DNA of 64,000 nucleotides. Source: Deltaproteobacteria bacterium (lineage in GTDB: Bacteria; Bdellovibrionota; FAC87; UBA2466). The first letter of the stretch is position 1; each line of letters begins with the position of its first letter. The stretch lies in assembly GCA_900299195.1 (NCBI GenBank), contig OMIX01000089.1, forward strand, positions 2,892-66,891, given 5' to 3'. The notes under the pieces were generated by a model, which had not been told where the DNA came from, ran no database searches, and saw nothing but the letters and a program-made list of their open reading frames with translations. Both the position numbers and the translations under genes were made by a program. Positions 1-9,241 of the stretch are shown piece after piece.

Positions 1-309
1 GAAGGACAATATTTCAAAGCTGATCACTTAGGCTATGCCGATGCTAAAAATTTAGACGGAAAATTTTATCCTCACTGCGATAAAATTTTGCTGTACGATC
101 TAAAAGAACCCGCCACAGTCAATTTTTTCAATGAATTCCTAGGAACCCTCGCCGACCCTGAAATTTCTGATCGCGAAGACATTCAAGACGTGAAAGTGCT
201 TGCTCATGTTTACGTTGGAGTTCCCGTATTAGGGGCTGTTAAAGTCGATGTTTCTGGAATTTATCAAGGAATGGCAGTTAAAGCCGGCGGCGATTACATG
301 GCCCGCTGA
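1..309 (+). CDS. C-terminal fragment of a hypothetical protein that continues upstream of the window
   Basis: Frame 1 is open from base 1 to the stop at 307-309. It contains the 73-aa track ORF and ends just before a strong intrinsic terminator. No recognizable motifs. Confidence 0.35.
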   Translation, partial: EGQYFKADHLGYADAKNLDGKFYPHCDKILLYDLKEPATVNFFNEFLGTLADPEISDREDIQDVKVLAHVYVGVPVLGAVKVDVSGIYQGMAVKAGGDYMAR

Positions 310-318
310 TATTTGAGC

Positions 319-357
319 GGTGTTGTTTGAGAACTTCTCAAGCAACACCATTTTTTT
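319..357 (+). terminator. Rho-independent terminator hairpin (ggtgttgtttgagaa/ttctcaagcaacacc) followed by a T7 run
   Basis: Near-perfect 15-bp inverted repeat with a short loop, followed by TTTTTTT. It lies between convergent genes (upstream + ORF, recQ on -). Confidence 0.6.
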
Positions 358-1885
358 ATCCGATAGCTTCTGCTTGAATCCACTGCTTAGAAGCAGGTAA
401 AGGCTCTAAAAACTTGCCTCGACAATTGTCACACTTGCGACAGATTTCCCCATGTTTTTCCCCGAAGTAATCTCTAAAAAAAGTTGCCCGACACTCGGTA
501 GTCTGACCATATTTCATAATCTGTTGAATCCTATCTCTATCCTGACCCAAACGTTCCTCATAATGAGTCAAAAACCGATCCAGATCGTTTCCTTCTAAAA
601 AAATCTTCTTAAGTGAAATTCCCTTTCGGCTTTGAATAATCTTTTCTTTCTCCAAATAAGCTATCAAAACTTGAGCTTTTCTTTTCACAATTCCAGAAAT
701 GGAAACCACTTCTTCCAAAGAAGTTTTTTTAGCACCCACCTCGGTGCATTTAATCAGCGCTGAATAAAGTTGAGAGGCATCAGAACGAGTGGGATATTTT
801 CCACCGAGAAAAAACGAATGAACCCTTTTGTCTTCTAAACGATAAAGCAAAGCGACAATCGCCTTTTTCCCATCGCGACCGGCTCTTCCTGCCTCTTGGT
901 AGTAGCTTTCTACCGAATCTGGAAAAGTATAATGAATCACAAATCTCACATCGGGTTTATCAATGCCCAGTCCAAAAGCCTTAGTCGCTACGATCACTCG
1001 ATATCGGTTAGCCATAAAATCTTCTTGAACAGCATCGCGATCCTTCATTTTCATTTTGCCATGATATTTCCCAGCTATAATTCCTGCTTTAAGAAGTTGA
1101 GCGTGAAGTTCATTGGCTAATCTAACCGTGCTCACATAAACAATTCCAGTTCCTTCAATATCGTGAATTAAAGTAGTCAACCGTTGGAATTTCATTTCTG
1201 CATTCACCGTTCGGTAAACTTCAAAAACTAAATTTTTTCGATCCACTCCCGTATGACAAACTTTTACCTCTTTGAGATTTAATTGTTCTAAAATATCACG
1301 CTCTACTTCCGGAGTAGCCGTTGCAGTCAACGCCAGCACGGGTGGATTACCAAAAGCTTCAATGGCCTTACGAATCGAAAGATAGGCGGGACGAAAATCA
1401 TGTCCCCATTGGGAAACACAATGAGCTTCATCTACCACTAGAAGGGACACTCCGCCCTTTTTAAGAATTTCTAAATACTCTGGGTTCTCTAATCTTTCAG
1501 GAGTGACATAAACAAGCGCATTTTGCCCATTTTTGACATCCCTCACGGCCTGTTTTTCCTCCCGACTTGAAAGAGTGGAATCCAAGTGGGTCGCATCAAC
1601 CCCCACCTCTTCCAACTTGTGGGTTTGGTCATGCATTAATGAAATTAGAGGAGTCACTACAATAGTAGCTTTAGGTAAAAACAGTGCAGGCAATTGATAA
1701 CAAAGGGATTTTCCGGCTCCAGTAGGCATAACACCCAACGCATTTTTCCCGTTCATGACCGCTTCGATCAATTCTTTTTGGCCGGGACGGAGCTCTTCAA
1801 TACCAAAATACTCAAAAGCCTTTTGCCGTAATTTGGCCCAGTTCCACTTAGAAGACACACTTCGATGTTTCTGCCCACGCACCAC
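356..1885 (-). CDS. recQ: ATP-dependent DNA helicase RecQ
   Basis: DEAD/DEAH helicase motifs (MPTGAGKSLCYQLPAL, LLVVDEAHCVSQWGHDFRP), RecQ C-terminal Zn-binding cysteines (CRKCDNC), 509 aa. Confidence 0.9.
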   Translation of the reverse strand: MVRGQKHRSVSSKWNWAKLRQKAFEYFGIEELRPGQKELIEAVMNGKNALGVMPTGAGKSLCYQLPALFLPKATIVVTPLISLMHDQTHKLEEVGVDATHLDSTLSSREEKQAVRDVKNGQNALVYVTPERLENPEYLEILKKGGVSLLVVDEAHCVSQWGHDFRPAYLSIRKAIEAFGNPPVLALTATATPEVERDILEQLNLKEVKVCHTGVDRKNLVFEVYRTVNAEMKFQRLTTLIHDIEGTGIVYVSTVRLANELHAQLLKAGIIAGKYHGKMKMKDRDAVQEDFMANRYRVIVATKAFGLGIDKPDVRFVIHYTFPDSVESYYQEAGRAGRDGKKAIVALLYRLEDKRVHSFFLGGKYPTRSDASQLYSALIKCTEVGAKKTSLEEVVSISGIVKRKAQVLIAYLEKEKIIQSRKGISLKKIFLEGNDLDRFLTHYEERLGQDRDRIQQIMKYGQTTECRATFFRDYFGEKHGEICRKCDNCRGKFLEPLPASKQWIQAEAIG

Positions 1886-1919
1886 GGCCGGGGAGTGTGC
1901 AACTCATGTGCCCGACAAT

Positions 1920-2384
1920 CTAGCGAGAGTGGAGAGGGACTGTTAAGTTTGAACGGGCTACAAAAATTTGTTCCATTCGATCAAGGTCGGCCTCAAGATG
2001 GTCGGCCAAATGTTCCCAATCAGAATCGCCTGCTAATCTCAAATCCCTTAACTCTTTCCGCACCAATTGATGATCAGCTCTAAGCTCCCGAAAAACTTTT
2101 CTTAAATAACTTCTCCGCGTGGATAATAATCGAGAAGCATGGATCTCCGCTTTCAACACCTCAAACTTGGTTCTCCAACTTTCAATCTCCTCCGCCAGTT
2201 TTTTTTCCCGCTCTATCCGAGTTGAGTCAATGGGAGTTTCCTGTACCGGCTCATCCACTGATCGTTCACTCTCAAGATGAGAAACTTTACCCGTCACTAC
2301 GGCTAAACTAAGCAAAAATAGCCCCCCCATCACAAAAAACCACTTTACCCTTTTACGGAGTTCCGGCTTAAGCTCCATGGGCAC
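1920..2384 (-). CDS. Hypothetical membrane-anchored coiled-coil protein
   Basis: N-terminal TM segment (WFFVMGGLFLLSLAVV), charged and helical remainder. Overlaps the upstream ORF by 17 nt, so an operon is likely. Confidence 0.5.
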   Translation of the reverse strand: MPMELKPELRKRVKWFFVMGGLFLLSLAVVTGKVSHLESERSVDEPVQETPIDSTRIEREKKLAEEIESWRTKFEVLKAEIHASRLLSTRRSYLRKVFRELRADHQLVRKELRDLRLAGDSDWEHLADHLEADLDRMEQIFVARSNLTVPLHSR

Positions 2385-3003
2385 TCTCAGAAGGTGTTAT
2401 GTAACCAAATGCTCCAATTTTTGGGGGCATCATTCTGAGTTTGAATTTACTTCGACCACTTAACCACTGAATGAGTCTCTCTTTCACTTGAATTTCAGAA
2501 AGCCAATGAAAATCTTTTTCCCATCTCTTGACTATTTTTTCTTGTGACTTTTTGCTGAACTGATTCTTAAGAGTCCCCATCAATTTAGGTTCAGCCACAA
2601 AAACTAAATCAAGATTACCTTCTCTCTTTCTCCCTTTTTCCACCCAATCCACAACTTTCTTGCAGGAAACAACAGCTAAATGCCTCTGCGGTTTTTCTTT
2701 ATTGCTATAACTGTGTCGAGGCGTTGCAGTTTGATGTCCCCCTCGGGCAAATGTTTTTGAATCAAACACTCTACCGGGCCGATCCGAAATTAGATCAGAC
2801 CCTTTCGCCTTACCCATGGGAAATTTCCAAGTTTTAATCGAGTTGAGTGTTTGCCCTTGGGCACTCCACTCGTAAACTTTCCCTTGAGTTCTATCCATAA
2901 TGACCACCCAAGTTTTGTTCTCTTGTTTTCTATTCATTCCAAAAGTGCTGCGCAATTCAACGCCCTGATGAGTTTTCTTCCTCGACATATTCACCTCGCT
3001 CAA
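2368..3003 (-). CDS. Hypothetical basic protein
   Basis: 211-aa ORF, Lys/Arg-rich, no clear motif. Confidence 0.45.
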   Translation of the reverse strand: MSEVNMSRKKTHQGVELRSTFGMNRKQENKTWVVIMDRTQGKVYEWSAQGQTLNSIKTWKFPMGKAKGSDLISDRPGRVFDSKTFARGGHQTATPRHSYSNKEKPQRHLAVVSCKKVVDWVEKGRKREGNLDLVFVAEPKLMGTLKNQFSKKSQEKIVKRWEKDFHWLSEIQVKERLIQWLSGRSKFKLRMMPPKIGAFGYITPSESAHGA

Positions 3004-3025
3004 TAGCTTATCCTTCTTTAAGGAA

Positions 3026-3307
3026 TTGACTGCACTTCTGATGCCGACGTTGGCACCACCTATGCACTACTTAGGATCAAACTGGGAGGAGTCCATGAAA
3101 ATGAAAACAAGTTATTTTTTAAAAATGACCTCGATGATTTTGGGACTAGGTCTGATGTTTTGGGGTATTTACGGCAAAGTCTGGTGGGGAGCCCTGGGAG
3201 TGCCTTTGTTTATTTATGGTATTTCACCCAGAAGATCGGAAGACGAATACACCGTGACTCTACGAGAAGAGGAATCCCGAGAGAAATCTCCCAAAAAAGT
3301 GGCTTAA
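3026..3307 (+). CDS. Possible small two-TM membrane protein
   Basis: ORF in a 300-bp gap between two minus-strand genes. Two hydrophobic helices (MILGLGLMFWGIYGKVWWGALGVPLFIYGI). No homology recognized. Confidence 0.25.
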   Translation: MTALLMPTLAPPMHYLGSNWEESMKMKTSYFLKMTSMILGLGLMFWGIYGKVWWGALGVPLFIYGISPRRSEDEYTVTLREEESREKSPKKVA

Positions 3308-5256
3308 TTGCCCAGTAGCTTATTTTTAGCTACTTCAAGCTCGCTAGATAGACGTTCCCATTCCACCATAGCTTGATGAAGTTTGCTCTCAAGTTGCGAA
3401 ATTTGCGACATTAAGGCTTGTTGTTCCTGTGCGGGCCGGCTGGTGAAGCTGCTGTTGGAGGCTATCGCTTGAAGCTCAGATTTTTGAGTTCCTAGTTTCT
3501 CCATTTCAGATTCAAGGGTGCTAACTTTTTTATCCAGCGAATTCACCTGGTTTTTAAGTTTTTTTCGCTCTTCGAAAGAAAGCTTGGGATTAACTGAAGG
3601 GCTCGCTTTGGGAGCTTCCATCACAGGAGCCTGGGAGGGTTTAGCTTTGCCCTCAAAGTGACGAACCAATTCAGGATATTTTTCAAAGAAGGAATTAAGG
3701 TCTCCAATATGATCGGTTAGCACATGATTGCTCGAAAGATAGAGAATTCTCTCGGCAACATCAGACAAAAAGTCTCTGTCATGGGACACAATTAACGTGG
3801 TTCCCTCAAAATCTTTGATCGCCTGTTTGAGCAGCGCTTTGGTTTCAATATCCAAATGGTTAGTGGGCTCATCGAGAAGAATCAAGTTCACCCGAGTGAC
3901 CAAAATCCTAAGCAGAGCTAACCTTGCTTTTTCACCTCCGCTCAATACTTTGGCTTTTTTCTCAATTTCATCATTGCCACTAAACCCAAAGGCTCCCAGC
4001 CATCCGCGAAGCTCCTCTAAGCTCACTCCATGGGCTTTAGCCCTTAAATTGTCCACGACAGTTTGGTCTAAGCTCAATTCAGCGAGCTGATGTTGACCGA
4101 AGTAACCGGTCTCTACCGCATGACCTTTTAAAAGATCCCCTTCTGTCAGTTTTAATCTCTCCCCTAAAACATTCAGCAACGTGGTCTTACCTGCTCCGTT
4201 ATCGCCGATAATAGCCACTCTTTGACCTCGTTTGATGTCTAAAGAAATATTTTTTAGTATCCAGGGTTGTTCTTCTTTGTATTTGAATGACGTATTTTTT
4301 AAGGATAAGGGAAATTTGGCTCCCGTTCCGGAAAGTCGAAATTTAAAATTCAAATTGTAGTTAAAGCCTTCAATACGCTGCAGCCGATCTTTAAGTTCCT
4401 TCTTTTCTACCTCGAGTGTCTCCGCCATTTTCAGTCGATGCTGCGCGCGAGCTGCTGTTTGAGCTTTAGCACGAAACTTGTAAACAAATTCCATGCACTC
4501 ATCGATTTTTTTCTGAATGCCTTCAATGTTTTTTTCTAAGTGACGTTTTTCATCTCCGAGAGAATCTCGAAAAGTTAAATAATCTCGCTGATGGGTTCTA
4601 AAATAGAATTTTCCACCGTGTAGTATGGCCAAAGAATCGGTTACTCTTTTTTGTAAAGCAACGTCGTGAGTGACTAAAATTAAACTGCCTTCGTACTCTT
4701 TTTCTAAAAACTCCTCAAGCCATTGAATCGAAGAAATGTCTAAATGGTTGGTGGGTTCGTCCAACAGCAATACTTCGGGTTTGTCTAACAAAGCCTTGGC
4801 AATAAAAATTCGTAAGAGCCAGCCCCCACTCAACTGACTCATGGGACCTTCCATCCATTCCTTGCTGAACCCTAAACCACTTAAAATTTTTCTAATCTCC
4901 CACTCTTGTTCGGCGGGATCGACAAATTCATCCTCATCCACTGTCATGTGACTCTGGATATATTTTAAAGGAGATTGGCTTTTCTCTTTGTGATGCTGAA
5001 TTTCGGTTACGGCATTCTCTAAGAGAGTTTGATCTAAAAAGCCTATACGTAGTTTCTTTCCGCCCACTACATTTCTTTTGCCTTCAGTGGACTCCGCTTT
5101 ACCTGCTAAGATTCTTAATAGGGTGGATTTACCCGAGCCATTTCTTCCGGCTAAAGCGACTCGCATTCCCTCATAAAGCGTCCAATTCACATCTTGAAAA
5201 AGTAATCGATTGGGTAATCGTACTCCGACATTTTCTAAAACTAGCTGAGCATTCAT
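3304..5256 (-). CDS. ABC-F family ATPase (Uup/YheS-like; two ABC domains plus a C-terminal coiled coil)
   Basis: Two Walker A motifs (GRNGSGKST, GDNGAGKTT), two ABC signature motifs (LSGGWLLR, LSGGEKARL), no TM domains, C-terminal coiled-coil tail. Confidence 0.9.
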   Translation of the reverse strand: MNAQLVLENVGVRLPNRLLFQDVNWTLYEGMRVALAGRNGSGKSTLLRILAGKAESTEGKRNVVGGKKLRIGFLDQTLLENAVTEIQHHKEKSQSPLKYIQSHMTVDEDEFVDPAEQEWEIRKILSGLGFSKEWMEGPMSQLSGGWLLRIFIAKALLDKPEVLLLDEPTNHLDISSIQWLEEFLEKEYEGSLILVTHDVALQKRVTDSLAILHGGKFYFRTHQRDYLTFRDSLGDEKRHLEKNIEGIQKKIDECMEFVYKFRAKAQTAARAQHRLKMAETLEVEKKELKDRLQRIEGFNYNLNFKFRLSGTGAKFPLSLKNTSFKYKEEQPWILKNISLDIKRGQRVAIIGDNGAGKTTLLNVLGERLKLTEGDLLKGHAVETGYFGQHQLAELSLDQTVVDNLRAKAHGVSLEELRGWLGAFGFSGNDEIEKKAKVLSGGEKARLALLRILVTRVNLILLDEPTNHLDIETKALLKQAIKDFEGTTLIVSHDRDFLSDVAERILYLSSNHVLTDHIGDLNSFFEKYPELVRHFEGKAKPSQAPVMEAPKASPSVNPKLSFEERKKLKNQVNSLDKKVSTLESEMEKLGTQKSELQAIASNSSFTSRPAQEQQALMSQISQLESKLHQAMVEWERLSSELEVAKNKLLGN

Positions 5257-5258
5257 GG

Positions 5259-5744
5259 TTAAATCAGATTCTTGGTTTTTAGTTCTTCTAAAGCCTTAAA
5301 AATATCTTCAGAAGTTCTACGAGTGATAGCCAGAGGCTCCACATAACGATAAAGTAACTTTTGATCTCTTCCTACGATACAAATGGCTCGGCTCGCTTTT
5401 CCCAACAAAAATGCTGAAGTGCAACGGTAGGCCTTAGCTACTTCATTTTTTACATCTGTGACTAGAGGAAAAGAAAAACCAAATTTCTGAGAAAACTTTT
5501 GATGCTTTTCAGAGCTATCTTTGCTGAGTCCCAGAAGTTGAACATCCCATTTTTCAAAACCACTAAAATTATCCTGATAATCACACAGTTGTTGGGTGCA
5601 AACCGGAGTAAAATCGCCTGGATAAAATATCAAAACGACCGGTCGCTGTTTGCAGGCCTCGGCCAAGTGAAATTGCGTTCCATCGGCTTTCACCAGTTTA
5701 AAATCAGGGGCCATGCTTCCAATGACGGGTTGAGTCTCTTTCAT
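5259..5744 (-). CDS. bcp: Thiol peroxidase / peroxiredoxin, Bcp-type (AhpC/TSA family)
   Basis: Motif FYPGDFTPVCTQQL with peroxidatic Cys, 161 aa. Immediately downstream of the ABC-F gene. Confidence 0.85.
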   Translation of the reverse strand: MKETQPVIGSMAPDFKLVKADGTQFHLAEACKQRPVVLIFYPGDFTPVCTQQLCDYQDNFSGFEKWDVQLLGLSKDSSEKHQKFSQKFGFSFPLVTDVKNEVAKAYRCTSAFLLGKASRAICIVGRDQKLLYRYVEPLAITRRTSEDIFKALEELKTKNLI

Positions 5745-5875
5745 AAGGTTTGAGAATAAATCAAAAATTACTCCTAAAGGAAAGGGCTAAATTGTGATCT
5801 AAACCGATAAAATCATTTGGGGAATCGCAACGTGCAACCTATCGTAATCTGTGAGAAACTAAGGTTATCGTCATC

Positions 5876-6811
5876 ATGAACCCTTTCTCCTACAGTCACC
5901 GGCTAAAACTGGGGTTGTCCCTGCTACTACTGATTTTATGGCCTCTCTCCGCTCTGGCTGAGCCTTACGAGCCCCCAGAAGATCGAGAACTTGAACTTAG
6001 ACCTTATTTCGAACCCCCCAATAAAGACCTCACCCCTAGAAACTTTCTTTTGCCCCCTCTCATGTCTTTTCTTATTCCCGGATCTGACCAGTGGGTAGAA
6101 GGTCAAATGAAGCCAGCCGCACTTTATACTGGCGGTGGGGCTTTAGGAGCTTTACTTCTCACACAGGCAAAGAAAACAACTCTGGATAATCGTTATAGAG
6201 ACTTTGCTTGGAGTATCTATTTTACCGCTGGAGGGTTAAGTCTTTATCACAGCTTCCACACGGCTTTAACGACGAGAATGCCAGGGGGCGAGTTTACTTT
6301 TATGGGCTCGGTCCCAGAAAAACCGACTGAGCTATTAGAAGCTCCTATTAACTTTAGCTACTTGGGCCGTTGGACCACGTTACTCCCTCTCAGTCTAGCA
6401 GCTGGCGTCTTTTTTTTCGTAACTCCTAATACCACTGCTGAAAGCACCCCAGCTAATCTCGACGATGCCTTTTATGCAGGCTCGGTAGGTTACATGACCG
6501 GGATAGGCGAAGAGGCTGTTTTTCGAGGTTTTGTCCTTCCAGTGCTTTATCACTACACTTCGGATCAACGGCTTACCCTAGGTCTTTCCAGCATTCTTTT
6601 TGCTTTGGGCCATGGATTGAAAGTGAGCCACTTTGTGACCGCTTTTTTCTTTGGGTTGTACTCGGGCTGGTTAACTCAGGAAAACAACTGGTCCATCGGT
6701 GAGGTCACCTTCATCCACACTTGGTGGGATATCATGGCATTTATGGCCGATTACACTAACCACCGCAAACACGCCTTTTTGAAGTTACCTACCATAGCAA
6801 TCAGCTTCTAA
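5876..6811 (+). CDS. CPBP-family (CAAX) intramembrane metalloprotease
   Basis: Signal/TM N-terminus, multiple TM helices, conserved EEAVFRGF ... FALGHG motifs typical of Abi/CPBP proteases. Confidence 0.7.
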   Translation: MNPFSYSHRLKLGLSLLLLILWPLSALAEPYEPPEDRELELRPYFEPPNKDLTPRNFLLPPLMSFLIPGSDQWVEGQMKPAALYTGGGALGALLLTQAKKTTLDNRYRDFAWSIYFTAGGLSLYHSFHTALTTRMPGGEFTFMGSVPEKPTELLEAPINFSYLGRWTTLLPLSLAAGVFFFVTPNTTAESTPANLDDAFYAGSVGYMTGIGEEAVFRGFVLPVLYHYTSDQRLTLGLSSILFALGHGLKVSHFVTAFFFGLYSGWLTQENNWSIGEVTFIHTWWDIMAFMADYTNHRKHAFLKLPTIAISF

Positions 6812-6922
6812 AACGCTATGCGTTACCCCGAAGATTCCCATCCATTCAACCGATTCCATCTTTCCAAGCTGAGAAAACCTCAGTAGAGTGCGCTCAAACC
6901 TTAACTTTTCGGAGGGCAACCC

Positions 6923-7648
6923 ATGTCAGCCAAAACCCCTTATTCGGGACGAATAAAAATTTTCTCTGATGGTGCAGATAAACAAGCCATGTTGGAAATG
7001 AATCAAAACCCTTTGGTTCAAGGGCTTACCACTAATCCAACTCTGATGAAAAAATCTGGCGTGACCGATTATGTTCGCTTTTGCAAAGAGATTTTGAATG
7101 AAATCAAAGTAAAGCCCATCTCTTTTGAAGTGTTTGCAGATGACTTTAAAGAAATGAAAAGACAGGCACTCGAAATCGCAAGTTGGGGTGAAAATGTTTA
7201 TGTCAAAATTCCTATCACCAATTCTGAAGGAGAATCTTCTTTAGGTCTTATCAATGATTTGAGCCAGTCGGGAGTTAAACTTAACGTGACGGCCGTTTTA
7301 ACTTTGGAGCAGTCTTGGGGAGCTTGCCAAGCCCTTAAGGGTGGCGCCCCTTCCATTCTATCTGTGTTTGCAGGTCGAATCGCAGATACTGGCCGTGATC
7401 CTCTCCCTCTCATGCAAGCTTCTTTAGAAATGTGTTTATCGACCGATAAAAACATCGAGCTTTTGTGGGCTAGCTCACGAGAAGTCTTAAATATTGTTCA
7501 AGCCGATCAGATGGGTTGCCACATTATAACCGCCACTAATGATCTGATTAAAAAAATGGCCCAGTTTAACAAGGATCTTTCTCAGCTCAGTTTAGAAACA
7601 GTTCGAATGTTTAAATCAGATGCAGAAAGTGCAGGATTTTCTCTATGA
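6923..7648 (+). CDS. tal: Transaldolase/fructose-6-phosphate aldolase family enzyme (short Tal type)
   Basis: GLTTNPTLM (TTNPSL motif), Schiff-base lysine context VKIPIT, SVFAGRIAD motif, about 240 aa. Confidence 0.75.
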   Translation: MSAKTPYSGRIKIFSDGADKQAMLEMNQNPLVQGLTTNPTLMKKSGVTDYVRFCKEILNEIKVKPISFEVFADDFKEMKRQALEIASWGENVYVKIPITNSEGESSLGLINDLSQSGVKLNVTAVLTLEQSWGACQALKGGAPSILSVFAGRIADTGRDPLPLMQASLEMCLSTDKNIELLWASSREVLNIVQADQMGCHIITATNDLIKKMAQFNKDLSQLSLETVRMFKSDAESAGFSL

Positions 7649-8244
7649 CCTCATTTTCTGAAAGTTACATTCAAGAAAGTATTTCTATTTTAAAAGATCT
7701 TAACTCGCGTGAGATCGAAAATATGGCCCAGGGTTTAGGAAGAGTGAGAGATCAAGGTGGACGTCTTTTTATTCTTGGAGTCGGCGGTTCTGCCGGTCAC
7801 GCAAGTCATGCAGTCAACGACTTTAGGAAAATATGCGGTTTTGAATCCTATTCCCCTACCGACAATGTTTCAGAACTCACAGCAAGAGTGAATGACGAAG
7901 GTTGGGACACCTCGTTTTCGGAGTGGCTTAAGGTATCAAGACTCTCTTCTAAAGATGCTGTGTTGGTTTTTTCAGTTGGCGGTGGAAACCGAGAAAAAAA
8001 TGTATCTGTCAACTTAGTGAAGGCTCTAGAGCTTTCTCAACAAGTAGGTGCTAGTATTTTTGGGATTGTAGGAAAGGATGGCGGATTTACTAAAACCGTA
8101 TCTGAAAGTTGTGTCATTATTCCCTCTGTTTCCTCAGAAAGAATCACGCCTCACACAGAAGGATTTTGCGCTTTAGTATGGCACCTCTTAGTAAGCCATC
8201 CCGCACTGAAGAAGACGGCAACCAAATGGGAATCGGTCAAGTAG
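7645..8244 (+). CDS. gmhA: SIS-domain sugar-phosphate isomerase, GmhA-like (sedoheptulose-7-phosphate isomerase)
   Basis: Colinear with E. coli GmhA: LFILGVGGSAGHASHAVNDF, VFSVGGGN, IVGKDGG. Start overlaps the tal stop (ATGA). Confidence 0.65.
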   Translation: MTSFSESYIQESISILKDLNSREIENMAQGLGRVRDQGGRLFILGVGGSAGHASHAVNDFRKICGFESYSPTDNVSELTARVNDEGWDTSFSEWLKVSRLSSKDAVLVFSVGGGNREKNVSVNLVKALELSQQVGASIFGIVGKDGGFTKTVSESCVIIPSVSSERITPHTEGFCALVWHLLVSHPALKKTATKWESVK

Positions 8245-8251
8245 TCGTTCC

Positions 8252-9241
8252 ATGGGGTATCGAGTAGGCATTATCGGAGCTGGCCTTATCGGAAACAAAA
8301 GGGCTAAAGCTCTTCGTTCTGAAGATAGGTTAGTAGCTGTTGCGGATCTCTCTCTTGAAAGAGCCCAATCCCTAGCTGAAACCCACCAAGCCCAGGTGGA
8401 ATCCTCATGGGAAAATCTCATTGAAAGAGCTGACATTGATGTTGTCATCGTGGCCACCTCAAATAATGCTATCCCCCTTTGTGCCGCCAGGGCTCTAAAA
8501 AACAAAAAAGCTATTTTGATTGAAAAACCCGGGGGAAGAAATCCTCAGGAGTTAAAAGGACTACTTGAGCTAGAAAAAGAAACTCAACAAGTGGCTAGAG
8601 TAGGCTTCAATCATCGGTTTCACCCGGCCCTACTCAAAGCCAAAAACATGATCGAAGAAGGTGCCATCGGAGAGATCATGTACTTAAGAGCTCGTTACGG
8701 ACATGGAGGGAGAATCGGCTACGACCAGGAATGGCGAGCTAATCCAGAAATCTCAGGTGGGGGAGAACTTTTAGATCAAGGGGTTCACTTGATCGATCTT
8801 TGTCGATGGCTGGGGGGTGAATTTCATTTGGAGTACGGTCGAGTTCACACTTTTTTTTGGAACATGCCCGTTGAAGACAATGGATTTCTTCTTTTAAAAT
8901 CTCCAGATCAAAAAAGGTTTGCGCATCTTCATGCAAGCTGTACCGAATGGAAAAACATTTTCGATTTTGAGGTTTTTGGTAAGAAAGGGAAACTCCAAGT
9001 GTGGGGGTTAGGTCGAAGTTATGGAACTGAGGAACTTCGTTTTTACAAAGTAAAACCTGAAATGGGAGTTCCTGACTTCTTCGTAGACTCGTTTCCTGAA
9101 GAAGATCATTCTTGGGAACTAGAATGGAAAGCTTTTATTGATTCTCTAGAAGGGAAACCCTCTTCAATCAGCACCCTTCAAGATGCTTATCAAGCCTTAG
9201 ACATCGTCTATAAAGCCTATCAACAATCAGGGAATCGCTAG
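8252..9241 (+). CDS. Gfo/Idh/MocA family NAD(P)-dependent oxidoreductase
   Basis: N-terminal Rossmann motif GIIGAGLIGNKRAKAL, EKP motif (ILIEKP), C-terminal alpha/beta domain. Confidence 0.85.
   Translation: MGYRVGIIGAGLIGNKRAKALRSEDRLVAVADLSLERAQSLAETHQAQVESSWENLIERADIDVVIVATSNNAIPLCAARALKNKKAILIEKPGGRNPQELKGLLELEKETQQVARVGFNHRFHPALLKAKNMIEEGAIGEIMYLRARYGHGGRIGYDQEWRANPEISGGGELLDQGVHLIDLCRWLGGEFHLEYGRVHTFFWNMPVEDNGFLLLKSPDQKRFAHLHASCTEWKNIFDFEVFGKKGKLQVWGLGRSYGTEELRFYKVKPEMGVPDFFVDSFPEEDHSWELEWKAFIDSLEGKPSSISTLQDAYQALDIVYKAYQQSGNR

Noticed and set aside
896-1120. Short antisense or embedded ORFs inside larger genes (for example 896-1120, 1755-1946, 3797-4090, 7198-7455, 8188-8505, 11616-11873, 31957-32382, 57756-58010, 58457-58864).
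   Set aside because: Each lies entirely within a long, motif-supported CDS on the other strand or frame, with no independent signals. Treated as frame artefacts.
2368-3003. The 211-aa basic protein as a host-attachment or eRF1-like family member.
   Set aside because: Only a vague compositional resemblance. No motif I can verify by eye.
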